Source: Desulfurella sp.
GTDB lineage: Bacteria > Campylobacterota_A > Desulfurellia > Desulfurellales > Desulfurellaceae
Assembly: GCA_031960885.1 (NCBI GenBank)
Contig: JAVRLY010000005.1
Span: forward strand, 6,717 to 35,473
Direction of reading: 5' to 3'
DNA length: 28,757 bases
Shown: piece after piece, positions 8,830 to 17,602 of the stretch
How positions within the stretch are numbered: position 1 is the stretch's first letter
Layout: the number at the start of each line of letters is the position of its first letter
Notes under the pieces: generated by a model
The model's input: the letters and a program-made list of their open reading frames with translations, nothing else
Told to the model about the DNA's origin: nothing
Database searches by the model: none
Made by a program: the position numbers and the translations under genes

Positions 8830-9345
8830 TTATTTACTCTCCTTAGTTTGATTTGAAGTTTGTTTTTGATTTGGGTAAATGGTTACATCTACACGTTCTT
8901 TACCTGAGCTTTCTGCAACGGCATATTTTTTATCTAAATAATAAACAATCATATTAGATTTAATAACATTTTTATCACTTTTTACATATGCATTACCAAT
9001 GAGCGTTACTTTTTGATCTTTTAGTTCATAAATACCTTTATCAGCTTTTGCAATTTTATTTGGTTGTGTAATGACAACATTTCCTATGCATACAATTTTT
9101 GAAACATCTCCTGTTTCTTTATCTTTATAAACATCCATTTTATCTGCATATAATGTTGCATCTTTCCTTTTAGCAACAACATTGCCGATAAATGTGTATA
9201 AGCCAATATTTTCTTGCGCTATTAGTTTGTCTGATGTAATGTTAATAGGAATTTTTTCTTTTTTTGCACTTTCAATAGTATTATCTGCAAAAGATAAATT
9301 AAACAAAATAAAGAAACTTAAAATCGCAATTATTATACTTTTCAT
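8830..9345 (-). CDS. lptA: LPS transport periplasmic protein LptA (OstA-like)
   Basis: Signal peptide, PINITSDKL, FIGNVVA, LYADKM, GNVVITQ, LIGNAYV, ERVDVTIYP. Confidence 0.85.
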   Translation of the reverse strand: MKSIIIAILSFFILFNLSFADNTIESAKKEKIPINITSDKLIAQENIGLYTFIGNVVAKRKDATLYADKMDVYKDKETGDVSKIVCIGNVVITQPNKIAKADKGIYELKDQKVTLIGNAYVKSDKNVIKSNMIVYYLDKKYAVAESSGKERVDVTIYPNQKQTSNQTKESK

Positions 9346-9917
9346 TATAAATTTTCCATAATTTTTTTTCTTATTCCTTCAAGAGCTTTTTTTCTATGAG
9401 AAATTTTATTTTTGATTTCGCTTCCAAGTTCAGCCAAAGTATTATTATAACCGATTGGTATGAAAATCGGATCGTAGCCAAAACCGTTTTCGCCTTTTGA
9501 CTCAAATGCAATTGTGCCTTCAAGCACACCTTCTGCGCTTACTATTTTTTTATTAATAATAGCTACCATACAGCATACAAAACGTGCTTTTCTATTGCCT
9601 ATATACTTTAGCTCTTCAAGTAATTTTTTGTTGTTATCAAAATCACTACCACCAGAATACCTTGCTGAATAAACTCCAGGCAAACCCAGCAGAGCCTGTA
9701 CTTCCAAACCAGAATCATCTGCTAAAATAATTTCACCCAAATGCTCAATATTTTTTGCTTTTATTAAGGCATTTTCACAAAAAGTTTGACCAGTTTCTTC
9801 TGGAGGATCATAATCCTTTTTTAATCCAACAACATTGAAATCACTAAAGATTTCTTTAATTTCCTTTAATTTATGTTCGTTGGAAGTTGCGACTATGATT
9901 TTATGTGTTAAAGGCAT
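9345..9917 (-). CDS. rdgB: Non-canonical purine NTP pyrophosphatase (RdgB/HAM1)
   Basis: ATSNEHKLKE, ENALIKA, ADDSGLEV, PGVYSAR, FGYDPIF, KNKISHR; likely start ATG 9917 (ORF track begins at 9935). Confidence 0.93.
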   Translation of the reverse strand: MPLTHKIIVATSNEHKLKEIKEIFSDFNVVGLKKDYDPPEETGQTFCENALIKAKNIEHLGEIILADDSGLEVQALLGLPGVYSARYSGGSDFDNNKKLLEELKYIGNRKARFVCCMVAIINKKIVSAEGVLEGTIAFESKGENGFGYDPIFIPIGYNNTLAELGSEIKNKISHRKKALEGIRKKIMENL

Positions 9918-10548
9918 TTGTCCAATCCTTAGCAAATTTTTTTATACCAATGTCTGTAAGTGGATGGTTAAACATCAAATCAAGTACATCAGGTGGTATT
10001 GTTGCAATATCTGCGCCAATTAGGGCTGCTTGTACAACATGTTTTGGACTGCGCACGCTTGCGACTATAATTTCCGTTTTAAAATTGTAATTATCAAATA
10101 TTGTTTTAATTTCTTCAACTACTTCAATACCTTCATATGAAATATCATCAAGTCTGCCAATAAATGGACTTACATAGCTTGCTCCCGATTTTGCAGCAAT
10201 GAGTGCTTGAGATGCGCTAAAAATCAGTGTCATGTTAATTTTAATATTTTCTTTACTAAGCACTTGTGTAGCCTTAATGCCTTCTTTTGTAAATGGGATT
10301 TTTACTACGACATTTTTACCTAATTTTGAAAACTCACGTGCTTCTTTAATCATCTCTATTGATGTAGAGCCAATTACTTCTACACTTACTGGCCCATCTA
10401 CAATTTTTAAAATCTCTTTTATAGCTGGCAAAAATTCTTTTCCTTCTTTTGCAACAAGTGATGGATTTGTAGTTACTCCATTTACTAAACCCAAACTAGT
10501 GTAATAAATGATTTTATCAATATTGGCTGTGTCTAAAAAAAATTTCAT
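9901..10548 (-). CDS. tal: Transaldolase (small TalC/FSA-fold family)
   Basis: FFLDTAN, GVTTNPSL, VVVKIP (Schiff-base Lys). SVEV (Glu) and SPFIGR (Phe) are the transaldolase rather than FSA determinants. Start ATG 10548 with SD AAGGAGGT. Confidence 0.9.
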   Translation of the reverse strand: MKFFLDTANIDKIIYYTSLGLVNGVTTNPSLVAKEGKEFLPAIKEILKIVDGPVSVEVIGSTSIEMIKEAREFSKLGKNVVVKIPFTKEGIKATQVLSKENIKINMTLIFSASQALIAAKSGASYVSPFIGRLDDISYEGIEVVEEIKTIFDNYNFKTEIIVASVRSPKHVVQAALIGADIATIPPDVLDLMFNHPLTDIGIKKFAKDWTNAFNT

Positions 10549-10558
10549 ATCTACCTCC

Positions 10559-10777
10559 TTATTTTTTATCCTCATATTGTTTTTTACACTTTTTAGAGCA
10601 AAAAAACAAATTTTTATATTGAATTGCCTTTTTTTTTGAAAAATAAATACCGCAATTGGCGCATTCTACCAATTCATCTAAATGCGTATCACTAGAATTT
10701 TGCTTTAATTTTCTGCGTTTTCTTACAACATAATAAATATAAATAATAAATAAAATCAATAAAAATAACTTAAGCAT
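10559..10777 (-). CDS. PP0621-family small membrane-anchored Cys-rich protein
   Basis: N-terminal TM helix, basic patch, then LVECANCGIY...FFCSKKC (TRASH/YHS-like). Confidence 0.75.
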   Translation of the reverse strand: MLKLFLLILFIIYIYYVVRKRRKLKQNSSDTHLDELVECANCGIYFSKKKAIQYKNLFFCSKKCKKQYEDKK

Positions 10778-11975
10778 TTTTTATCAGAACTTTTTTGATA
10801 TTTTTTTTATCCCGTAATTTAATTTCATATACAAAACCATTGTAAATTATTTTTTCATCTTTTTTAGGTATATAACCAAATTTATAAAGCAAAAAACCGC
10901 CTAATGTTTCATAATCAGCTTTTTTTTCTATATTTATATTCAAAGCTTCATTTAATTTTTCAATTTCTATATCACCATCGACTAAAAAACCATCTTTTAT
11001 TTTAACAATTTTCTTCTCAACTACATCGTACTCATCCTCAATTTCACCAAAAATTTCTTCTAAACAATCTTCAATTGTTAAAATACCGCTACAACTACCA
11101 TACTCGTCAACTACTACTACCATTCTCAAACCTTCTTGCTTCATTTTTGTAAAAATGTTTTCTATAAGCGTATACTCTGGAAAATATATAGGTTCTTGAG
11201 CATATTTTTTTAATGGCTCATCTAATTTTGCATCGACTAAATCATATATATTTACGATTCCAACAATATTATCAACCCTTTCTCTAAACAAAGGAATCCG
11301 AGTATAATCGTTGTCTTTATTTGCCAAAGCTAAATCTCTTACCGTTTTGTTTTCTTCAAGCATAAAAACTTTTTTTAAGGGCACCATAATTTCTTGAGTT
11401 TTTTTCTCTTTAAAGTTTACAATCTGGTTTATCATTTCTGCTTCTAAATCTGAAATGTTACGCTTAAAATATTTGCTTTTAACAATCATTTTAATTTCAT
11501 CCCGTGTGGGAAAATTTTGCTTAGATTTGACAGAAATTTTTTTTTGCAAAATATTTGATAAATGAAACATTAAAACAATAATTGGGTAAAATATAAGATT
11601 GAATATATACACAACAAGAATTGTTTTTCTCGTCAAAAAAAGAGGGTAGTTTCGGTACAGTATTTTTGGTAAAATCTGTCCAAAAATGACAGCTATAGGC
11701 CATAAAAAGATTATTGCAAAAAAGGAATTGTGTAGGATTTTTTCACTAAGGTATGCGCCTATGTAGGAGGCTATTACTAAACTTACATTTGTGCCAACTA
11801 ATGCTGCAGATAACAATTTTTGGGGTTCTTTTGAATAACTTAAGATAATAGATGAAATTTTAGATTTAGAATCTATATTTTCATGGTTTAACGATAAAAT
11901 ACCTATTTCGACTCCATCAAATATTGCTTCAAGTAATGTTAAAATTAAGATACTAATAACAAGTATGAAAATCAT
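10770..11975 (-). CDS. CNNM/CorB (TlyC hemolysin family) membrane protein with CBS pair and CorC domain
   Basis: N-terminal TM DUF21-like region (LVGTN, GQILPK), CBS domains (YTRIPLF, VVDEYG...TIEDCLEEIFGEIEDEYD), C-terminal YETLGGF. Confidence 0.9.
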   Translation of the reverse strand: MIFILVISILILTLLEAIFDGVEIGILSLNHENIDSKSKISSIILSYSKEPQKLLSAALVGTNVSLVIASYIGAYLSEKILHNSFFAIIFLWPIAVIFGQILPKILYRNYPLFLTRKTILVVYIFNLIFYPIIVLMFHLSNILQKKISVKSKQNFPTRDEIKMIVKSKYFKRNISDLEAEMINQIVNFKEKKTQEIMVPLKKVFMLEENKTVRDLALANKDNDYTRIPLFRERVDNIVGIVNIYDLVDAKLDEPLKKYAQEPIYFPEYTLIENIFTKMKQEGLRMVVVVDEYGSCSGILTIEDCLEEIFGEIEDEYDVVEKKIVKIKDGFLVDGDIEIEKLNEALNINIEKKADYETLGGFLLYKFGYIPKKDEKIIYNGFVYEIKLRDKKNIKKVLIKNA

Positions 11976-12937
11976 TAAGTAATTAAACCATTAACAATGA
12001 TATTAACTGCTTCTTCTTCGTCTAAGCCTTTTGACATTAATAAATCGAGTTGGTCTTGTCTAATGCGTCCAACGCTAGCTTCATGTGTAAGTTCTGATTT
12101 TTCATTTACAACTTTTAAGATGGGCACAGTTGATACTAACACATCAAGACCCTTTACAACTTCATTGCATTCTATATGACCTTTTGAGTAAGCCCCATTG
12201 CCATATGCTTCGTTTATCACATTTGCTTGAGTAGAATCGGTTGCAAAAATTGATGATTTTGCTATACCAGAAGAATACTGTCCATTTAATCTTAGGATTT
12301 CTTGGATATCAATTTTATCATCTTTTTTGCCATAAATTTTGCTTTCTAAATCAGCTTTTGCATAATCATCTATATCAAGATCCAAAACGACATTTATTCG
12401 GCCAACACGCGTTTTTGTCGCATAAAATTTACTCTGAAAGAAGGCATTTTTATCCAATTTTGCATATGTTATAGTTTCAACAAATATACCACCCCTTTCG
12501 TCATGAAAATGCTCATCTTCATAAAATACAGATGAGTTTTTACCAATATACATTTGAGAAATCATTTTATGATGTAGTTTTTCAATATTTGTTAAAATAC
12601 AGTGCGATTTAAATTTCACTTTCACATTTGAACCTATATTGTAGTTAAACTGTAATAGTTGTTCGCCAGCTTTTTCCAAAAAACCTGTACATAGATGCAC
12701 AGGTATAGGGATAACAGTATTATCTTGTATATCCACATCAATAACTACAACACCATCGCCGCGAGTTTTTGACTTTACATCAATTCCCTTTAATGTACTT
12801 AATCCAACAACTTTATTTCCGCTAACAATAATTGAGGCCACGCCTCTATTTTTAATAGATGTATCATTTGTATTTTTTTCGTACAAATCTACCAATTGGT
12901 TAAATTCGTTTTCATATGCTTTTACAATATCAATCAT
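11975..12937 (-). CDS. SufB/SufD-family Fe-S scaffold (SmsB-like)
   Basis: PVHLC, beta-helix repeats, SKGHIECNEVV, LTHEASVGRI...QLDLLMSKGLDEEEA; coupled to the SufC-like ATPase. Confidence 0.9.
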   Translation of the reverse strand: MIDIVKAYENEFNQLVDLYEKNTNDTSIKNRGVASIIVSGNKVVGLSTLKGIDVKSKTRGDGVVVIDVDIQDNTVIPIPVHLCTGFLEKAGEQLLQFNYNIGSNVKVKFKSHCILTNIEKLHHKMISQMYIGKNSSVFYEDEHFHDERGGIFVETITYAKLDKNAFFQSKFYATKTRVGRINVVLDLDIDDYAKADLESKIYGKKDDKIDIQEILRLNGQYSSGIAKSSIFATDSTQANVINEAYGNGAYSKGHIECNEVVKGLDVLVSTVPILKVVNEKSELTHEASVGRIRQDQLDLLMSKGLDEEEAVNIIVNGLIT

Positions 12938-13656
12938 AATTCTTTTTCCTTTGGCGCGTTAACATTATCACATACATCACACGTGCTTTTGTAGTAATCA
13001 ATTATATCACTGCAAATACCGCTTTTAAGAACTCTACCATCACAAATTAAATATGAATAATCACTATGTTTGGCAATTTCTTCTCTGTGAGTGATCAAAA
13101 TAACACCTGTGCCATTTTCTTTTAGATAATTCATTATATCTACAATCATATCCAAACTCATTAAATCTATTCCAGAATCTGGCTCATCCATTATTAAAAA
13201 TCGTGGTTTTAGCAAAACACAGCTTGCAATTTCTACTCTTTTTCTCTCACCACCAGATAATTTTTTGTCCAGAAAGCGCGACAAATACACATTTGGGTTT
13301 AGTCTCACAAGATCCAAAGCTTTTTTTATATTATCTAATTTTATTTTTCCGCCTAAACTTAAATAATTTTGAATACTTAGTCCTTCAAACCTAGCAGGCT
13401 CTTGCCAAAGCAAACTGATACCTAACCTTGCGCGCTCAGTTATATTTAAATTAGTTATATCTTGATCATTTAGGTAAATATTTCCATTAGTTGGTTTATA
13501 GTCTGACAAACCCATAATAATATATGCAAGCGTTGATTTTCCGACGCCATTGCTGCCAATAATTGATGTAATTTTGTTTTCTTCAAAGCTCACTGTCACG
13601 TTTTTTATAATTTCCTTCGAATTACGCAAATACTTAATGTTTTCTAACTTTAACAT
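12934..13656 (-). CDS. SufC-like ABC ATPase (SmsC-like) with C-terminal Cys motif
   Basis: Walker A GSNGVGKS, WQEPARFEG, LSGGERKR, DEPDSGID, H-loop ITH, C205-X20-C226-X2-C229; SD AGGAG. Confidence 0.9.
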   Translation of the reverse strand: MLKLENIKYLRNSKEIIKNVTVSFEENKITSIIGSNGVGKSTLAYIIMGLSDYKPTNGNIYLNDQDITNLNITERARLGISLLWQEPARFEGLSIQNYLSLGGKIKLDNIKKALDLVRLNPNVYLSRFLDKKLSGGERKRVEIASCVLLKPRFLIMDEPDSGIDLMSLDMIVDIMNYLKENGTGVILITHREEIAKHSDYSYLICDGRVLKSGICSDIIDYYKSTCDVCDNVNAPKEKEL

Positions 13657-13680
13657 AGCATATCTCCTCTAAATTATATC

Positions 13681-15657
13681 CTAAACCAATTCCATGTCAA
13701 GTTTCTTAAGTCTTTCAATCTCGTCTCTGTACTCAATAGCCTTTTCAAATTCCATTTTTTCTGATGCCTCTTTCATTAATCTATAAAGCTCACTAATTAT
13801 TTTAGGTAAATCTTTCTTTTTTATATTATTAATCTCAGGATTTTCTAAATAATCTAAATCACACATTTCCAATACTTTGCTATCTTTATTTTTAATTATA
13901 GTTGTTGGTGTTATATTGTGCTTTATATTGTATTCTTCTTGTATTTTTCTCCTTCTTAGTGTTTCATTTATTGCTTCTTGCATAGAATTTGTTACATTAT
14001 TGGCATAAAAAATTACTTTTGAAGTAGCATTTCTTGCTGCTCTTCCAGCAGTTTGTATAAGACTGGTTTTGCTTCGCAAAAAACCTTCTTTATCAGCATC
14101 TAGTATAGCAACCAAATTTACTTCTGGAATATCAAGACCCTCGCGTAACAAATTAACGCCAACAAGGCAATCGAATTTATCGTTTCTCAAATCCCATATT
14201 ATTTTTGCTCGTTCAATGGCATCAATTTCAGAATGCATATACTTAACCCTAAGGCCTAAGTTATTGTAATATTCACTTACATCTTCTGCCATTTTTTTTG
14301 TTAGAGTTGTAACCAATACTTTACCTTTTTTTGCAACACTATCTTTAATCTGAGCAAACAAATCATCTATTGCACCATGCATTGGCTTTACTATAATTTC
14401 TGGATCCATAAGTCCAGTTGGACGTATGATTTGTTCTATTATGTAGGGTTTTGATAGTTCAAGTTCAAACTCAGAAGGTGTAGCTGAAACAAATATAACT
14501 TGGTCTATTTTTTGCATAAACTCATCAAATTTTAGAGGTCTATTATCTAAAGCGCTTGGCAATCTAAAACCATACTCTACAAGTGTTTTTTTTCTTGAAT
14601 AATCGCCATTATACATACCTTTTATCTGAGGTATTGTAACATGGGATTCGTCAATTATTAGCAAAAAATCATTGTTAAAATAATCAACTAAAGTAATAGG
14701 CGGCTCACCGGGTTTTCTATTTGAAAAATGCAATGAATAGTTCTCGATTCCGCTACATGTGCCAGTTTGTTCCATCATCTCAATATCAAAATTAACCCTT
14801 TCTTCAATACGTTGAGCTTCTAAAAGTTTATTTTGAGACTTAAAAAAATTAATACGCTGCTTCAACTCTTCTCTTATCCTATAGATTGCAATATCGCGTT
14901 TTTGTTTTGTTGATACATAATGACTCGCTGGGAAAATAATTGCTGAATCTTTTTTTTCTATCAACTTAGCAGTCAGTGGATCAAAAATCAATATTCTTTC
15001 CACGCTATCACCAAAAAACTCTACTCTTAAAGCCATATTTTTAAAATAAGACAAATATATATCAACAATATCTCCCCTTACGCGAAAACTCCCTCTTTCA
15101 AAGTCAATGTCGTTTCTTTTATATAAAAGCTCAATCAATACATTTAAGAATTTTCTAATGTCTAATTTATCGCCAACCTTTATATTAAAAGACATACCCT
15201 CATAATCTTCTTTTTCTCCAATTCCGTATATGCAAGATACGCTTGCTACAACTATAACATCTTTCCTTGTAAGCAAGCTCATTGTTGCTTTTTGACGTAA
15301 TCTATCGATTTCATCATTAATAGATGAATCTTTTGCAATGTATGTATCTGTGCGTGGCACATAAGCTTCTGGCTGATAATAATCATAATAGCTAATAAAA
15401 TACTCAACAGCATTATTTGGAAAAAAATTTACAAATTCTGTATACAATTGACTGGCAAGCGTTTTGTTGTGAGAAATTACAAGGACAGGCTTATTTATAT
15501 TTTTTATCACATTTGCTATTGTGAATGTTTTTCCGCTACCTGTTACACCAATTAATGTTTGGAATTTTACGCCCTTTTTTGTGTTGTCAACTAAGTCTTT
15601 TATTGCAAACGGCTGATCACCAGTTGGCTTGTAGTCTGAATGCAGTGCATATATCAT
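13681..15657 (-). CDS. uvrB: Excinuclease ABC subunit B
   Basis: PTGDQP, GVTGSGKT, YYDYYQPEAY, DESH, GFRLPSALDNRPL, NLLREGLD, QTAGRAARN, C-terminal UVR domain. Confidence 0.98.
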   Translation of the reverse strand: MIYALHSDYKPTGDQPFAIKDLVDNTKKGVKFQTLIGVTGSGKTFTIANVIKNINKPVLVISHNKTLASQLYTEFVNFFPNNAVEYFISYYDYYQPEAYVPRTDTYIAKDSSINDEIDRLRQKATMSLLTRKDVIVVASVSCIYGIGEKEDYEGMSFNIKVGDKLDIRKFLNVLIELLYKRNDIDFERGSFRVRGDIVDIYLSYFKNMALRVEFFGDSVERILIFDPLTAKLIEKKDSAIIFPASHYVSTKQKRDIAIYRIREELKQRINFFKSQNKLLEAQRIEERVNFDIEMMEQTGTCSGIENYSLHFSNRKPGEPPITLVDYFNNDFLLIIDESHVTIPQIKGMYNGDYSRKKTLVEYGFRLPSALDNRPLKFDEFMQKIDQVIFVSATPSEFELELSKPYIIEQIIRPTGLMDPEIIVKPMHGAIDDLFAQIKDSVAKKGKVLVTTLTKKMAEDVSEYYNNLGLRVKYMHSEIDAIERAKIIWDLRNDKFDCLVGVNLLREGLDIPEVNLVAILDADKEGFLRSKTSLIQTAGRAARNATSKVIFYANNVTNSMQEAINETLRRRKIQEEYNIKHNITPTTIIKNKDSKVLEMCDLDYLENPEINNIKKKDLPKIISELYRLMKEASEKMEFEKAIEYRDEIERLKKLDMELV

Positions 15658-16140
15658 CTAAAACCTCTTAACCAATTGCCCCGAGGGTGCTATCTTATCA
15701 ATAAATAGTATTCCATCTAAATGGTCTATTTCATGTTGAATAACAACCGCCTCAAATCTCTTGGTTTCCAATATTTGAGTTTTTCCGTCTAAATCCAAAT
15801 ACTTAACGGTAATTTTTTTTGGTCTTGAAACATATCCTACATAATCTGGCACACTTAGGCATCCCTCTTTTGTAACTATATCATCCAAGCTTTTTTCGAG
15901 AATTGTTGGATTTATCATAATGAGCCTTCCGTGATTTTTATTTTTTGTCTTTGATACGTCCACTGCTACAATCCTCAGTAAATTTCCTATTTGGACAGCA
16001 GCTATACCAACGCAGTGACTATAGTAATCAAGCGCAAACATTAAATTGTCAACGACAAACAATACTTTTTGATCAATACAGCTAACTTCTATTGAGCGTT
16101 TTTTTAAAAACTTATTTGGAAACTTTACTATTTCTATCAT
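15658..16140 (-). CDS. def: Peptide deformylase (variant motif 1)
   Basis: CVGIAAVQIG, EGCLS, QHEIDHLDG. Confidence 0.92.
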   Translation of the reverse strand: MIEIVKFPNKFLKKRSIEVSCIDQKVLFVVDNLMFALDYYSHCVGIAAVQIGNLLRIVAVDVSKTKNKNHGRLIMINPTILEKSLDDIVTKEGCLSVPDYVGYVSRPKKITVKYLDLDGKTQILETKRFEAVVIQHEIDHLDGILFIDKIAPSGQLVKRF

Positions 16141-16677
16141 TCATATACTGTAGGATTCAATTGGTCTAATTGAAAAATCAACGCCTATGTTGTTTGATAT
16201 GTTATTTAGAATATCGTTGACTATACTAATATTTATTTCTATTGGTACCTCAACCTCAAGTATCATAATATAAATATCTTTTTTGGCACCAGTGACACGA
16301 GTTTTTAAATCAACAATATTTATATTAAGATCGCTCAAGCTTTTTGTAGTTTTATACACAATCCCAATCTTATCGCTTCCGTATATAGAAATCATATAAT
16401 TTTTAGACTTTGGTTTTTGCGTGTCTAATACTTCGATTTTTCTAACAGAAATGCTAAGCTCTAAATCTTTTCTGATACTAGCAAAGGCTTTTTTTAACTC
16501 AAGCACACCCGTTTCTTTTTGCGATGAAACGATGAGTATCATCGAAAACTGATCTCTCAAAAGCGTAGACGAAGAATCTTCTATATTAAAATTAAGCTCG
16601 TATAGCACTTTTGCAACACCTGCTACTATGCCAGGTTTGTCTTTGCCAATAACTGTTAAAGCATAATAATGTTTCAT
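16141..16677 (-). CDS. Tandem ACT-domain protein (GcvR-like)
   Basis: Two ACT repeats: TVIGKDKPGIVAGV...NIEDSS and SIYGSDKIGIVYK...NIVDL. Confidence 0.88.
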   Translation of the reverse strand: MKHYYALTVIGKDKPGIVAGVAKVLYELNFNIEDSSSTLLRDQFSMILIVSSQKETGVLELKKAFASIRKDLELSISVRKIEVLDTQKPKSKNYMISIYGSDKIGIVYKTTKSLSDLNINIVDLKTRVTGAKKDIYIMILEVEVPIEINISIVNDILNNISNNIGVDFSIRPIESYSI

Positions 16678-16685
16678 AGCGCTTT

Positions 16686-16713
16686 ATTATAACCCATTTT
16701 TCCAAAAATACAA
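16686..16713 (-). promoter_or_regulatory. sigma70-type promoter for the ACT-def-uvrB run
   Basis: Minus strand TTGTAT (16713-16708), 16 nt spacer, TATAAT (16691-16686); 8 nt lie between the -10 box and the ATG. Confidence 0.6.
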
Positions 16714-16714
16714 A

Positions 16715-17602
16715 CTAATTTTTCCCATATCTGATGGATATAAGTATGGCACTCATAATAAATAATATGCCTACAAATTGCCAAAAACTAATAGTTTGTC
16801 CAAAAAATATATAAGCCAATATTGACGAGCCAATAATTTCACCTAGCGTTGTGATTGCAACTGCAGCTGCTTTTAGGTATTTTAGTACCCAGTTAAAAGC
16901 AGTATGCCCTATAAGTTGGGGTATCATTGCAAGCAAAAACATAAAAGAAAAGTCTTTTGCACTATAGTTGGTTATACTGACATTAGCAAAAGCTACTAAT
17001 ATTGTTATAAAAACCGCAGCTGATGTATATACAAGCGTGATATATTTATTTGTATCCATGCTTTTTCTTAAGCTAGAGCCTATAATAAAGTAAAAACTTA
17101 CACTAAAAGCGCCAATTATAGCTAACAAGTCACCAAATAAAGCTGTTTTATCAATTTTTGTTCCAAACAAATTGCCATCGCTTGCTGTAATTATAAGCGT
17201 TCCAATAAAGGAAGCTAATAAAGCAATTAGGATTTTTGATGAAAACTTTTCTTTCATTAAAAGTAAAGATATTATTACTACAAAAAATGGGTTTGTGCTA
17301 ACAAGAACAACTGAGCTTGCAATGGAGGTGTATTTAAGAGAAGCAATCCAAAAATAAAAATGCAGCGCTAAAAAGACGCCACTTAAAAAACCCAAAAAAA
17401 GTTCTCTGTTTTGTATGGGCAGTAGTCTTTTTTTGTTTACTAAGTTCATTAATAGCAAGATTAGCGCTGCAATATCCAACCTATACATTGACAATACTAA
17501 GCTTGGCACATCTTGACATTCCTTTATAAATATGGAAGCAAAGCTTACGCCTAATATTCCCAAAAGGCTATTTAAAATAATTTTGTGTTTAATCAAATCC
17601 AT
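16715..17602 (-). CDS. DMT/EamA family transporter
   Basis: About 10 TM helices in two EamA repeats (LALHFYFWIASLKYTSIASS; PQLIGHTAFNW); overlaps the GRE stop by 14 nt. Confidence 0.9.
   Translation of the reverse strand: MDLIKHKIILNSLLGILGVSFASIFIKECQDVPSLVLSMYRLDIAALILLLMNLVNKKRLLPIQNRELFLGFLSGVFLALHFYFWIASLKYTSIASSVVLVSTNPFFVVIISLLLMKEKFSSKILIALLASFIGTLIITASDGNLFGTKIDKTALFGDLLAIIGAFSVSFYFIIGSSLRKSMDTNKYITLVYTSAAVFITILVAFANVSITNYSAKDFSFMFLLAMIPQLIGHTAFNWVLKYLKAAAVAITTLGEIIGSSILAYIFFGQTISFWQFVGILFIMSAILISIRYGKN

Noticed and set aside
9901..10575. Fructose-6-phosphate aldolase (fsa) call and the start at 10575
   Set aside because: The Glu/Phe determinants indicate transaldolase, and a strong SD supports ATG 10548.
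16138..16143. Selenocysteine recoding of the ACT gene TGA
   Set aside because: No SECIS-like hairpin is evident downstream and the position is not a catalytic Cys-equivalent.
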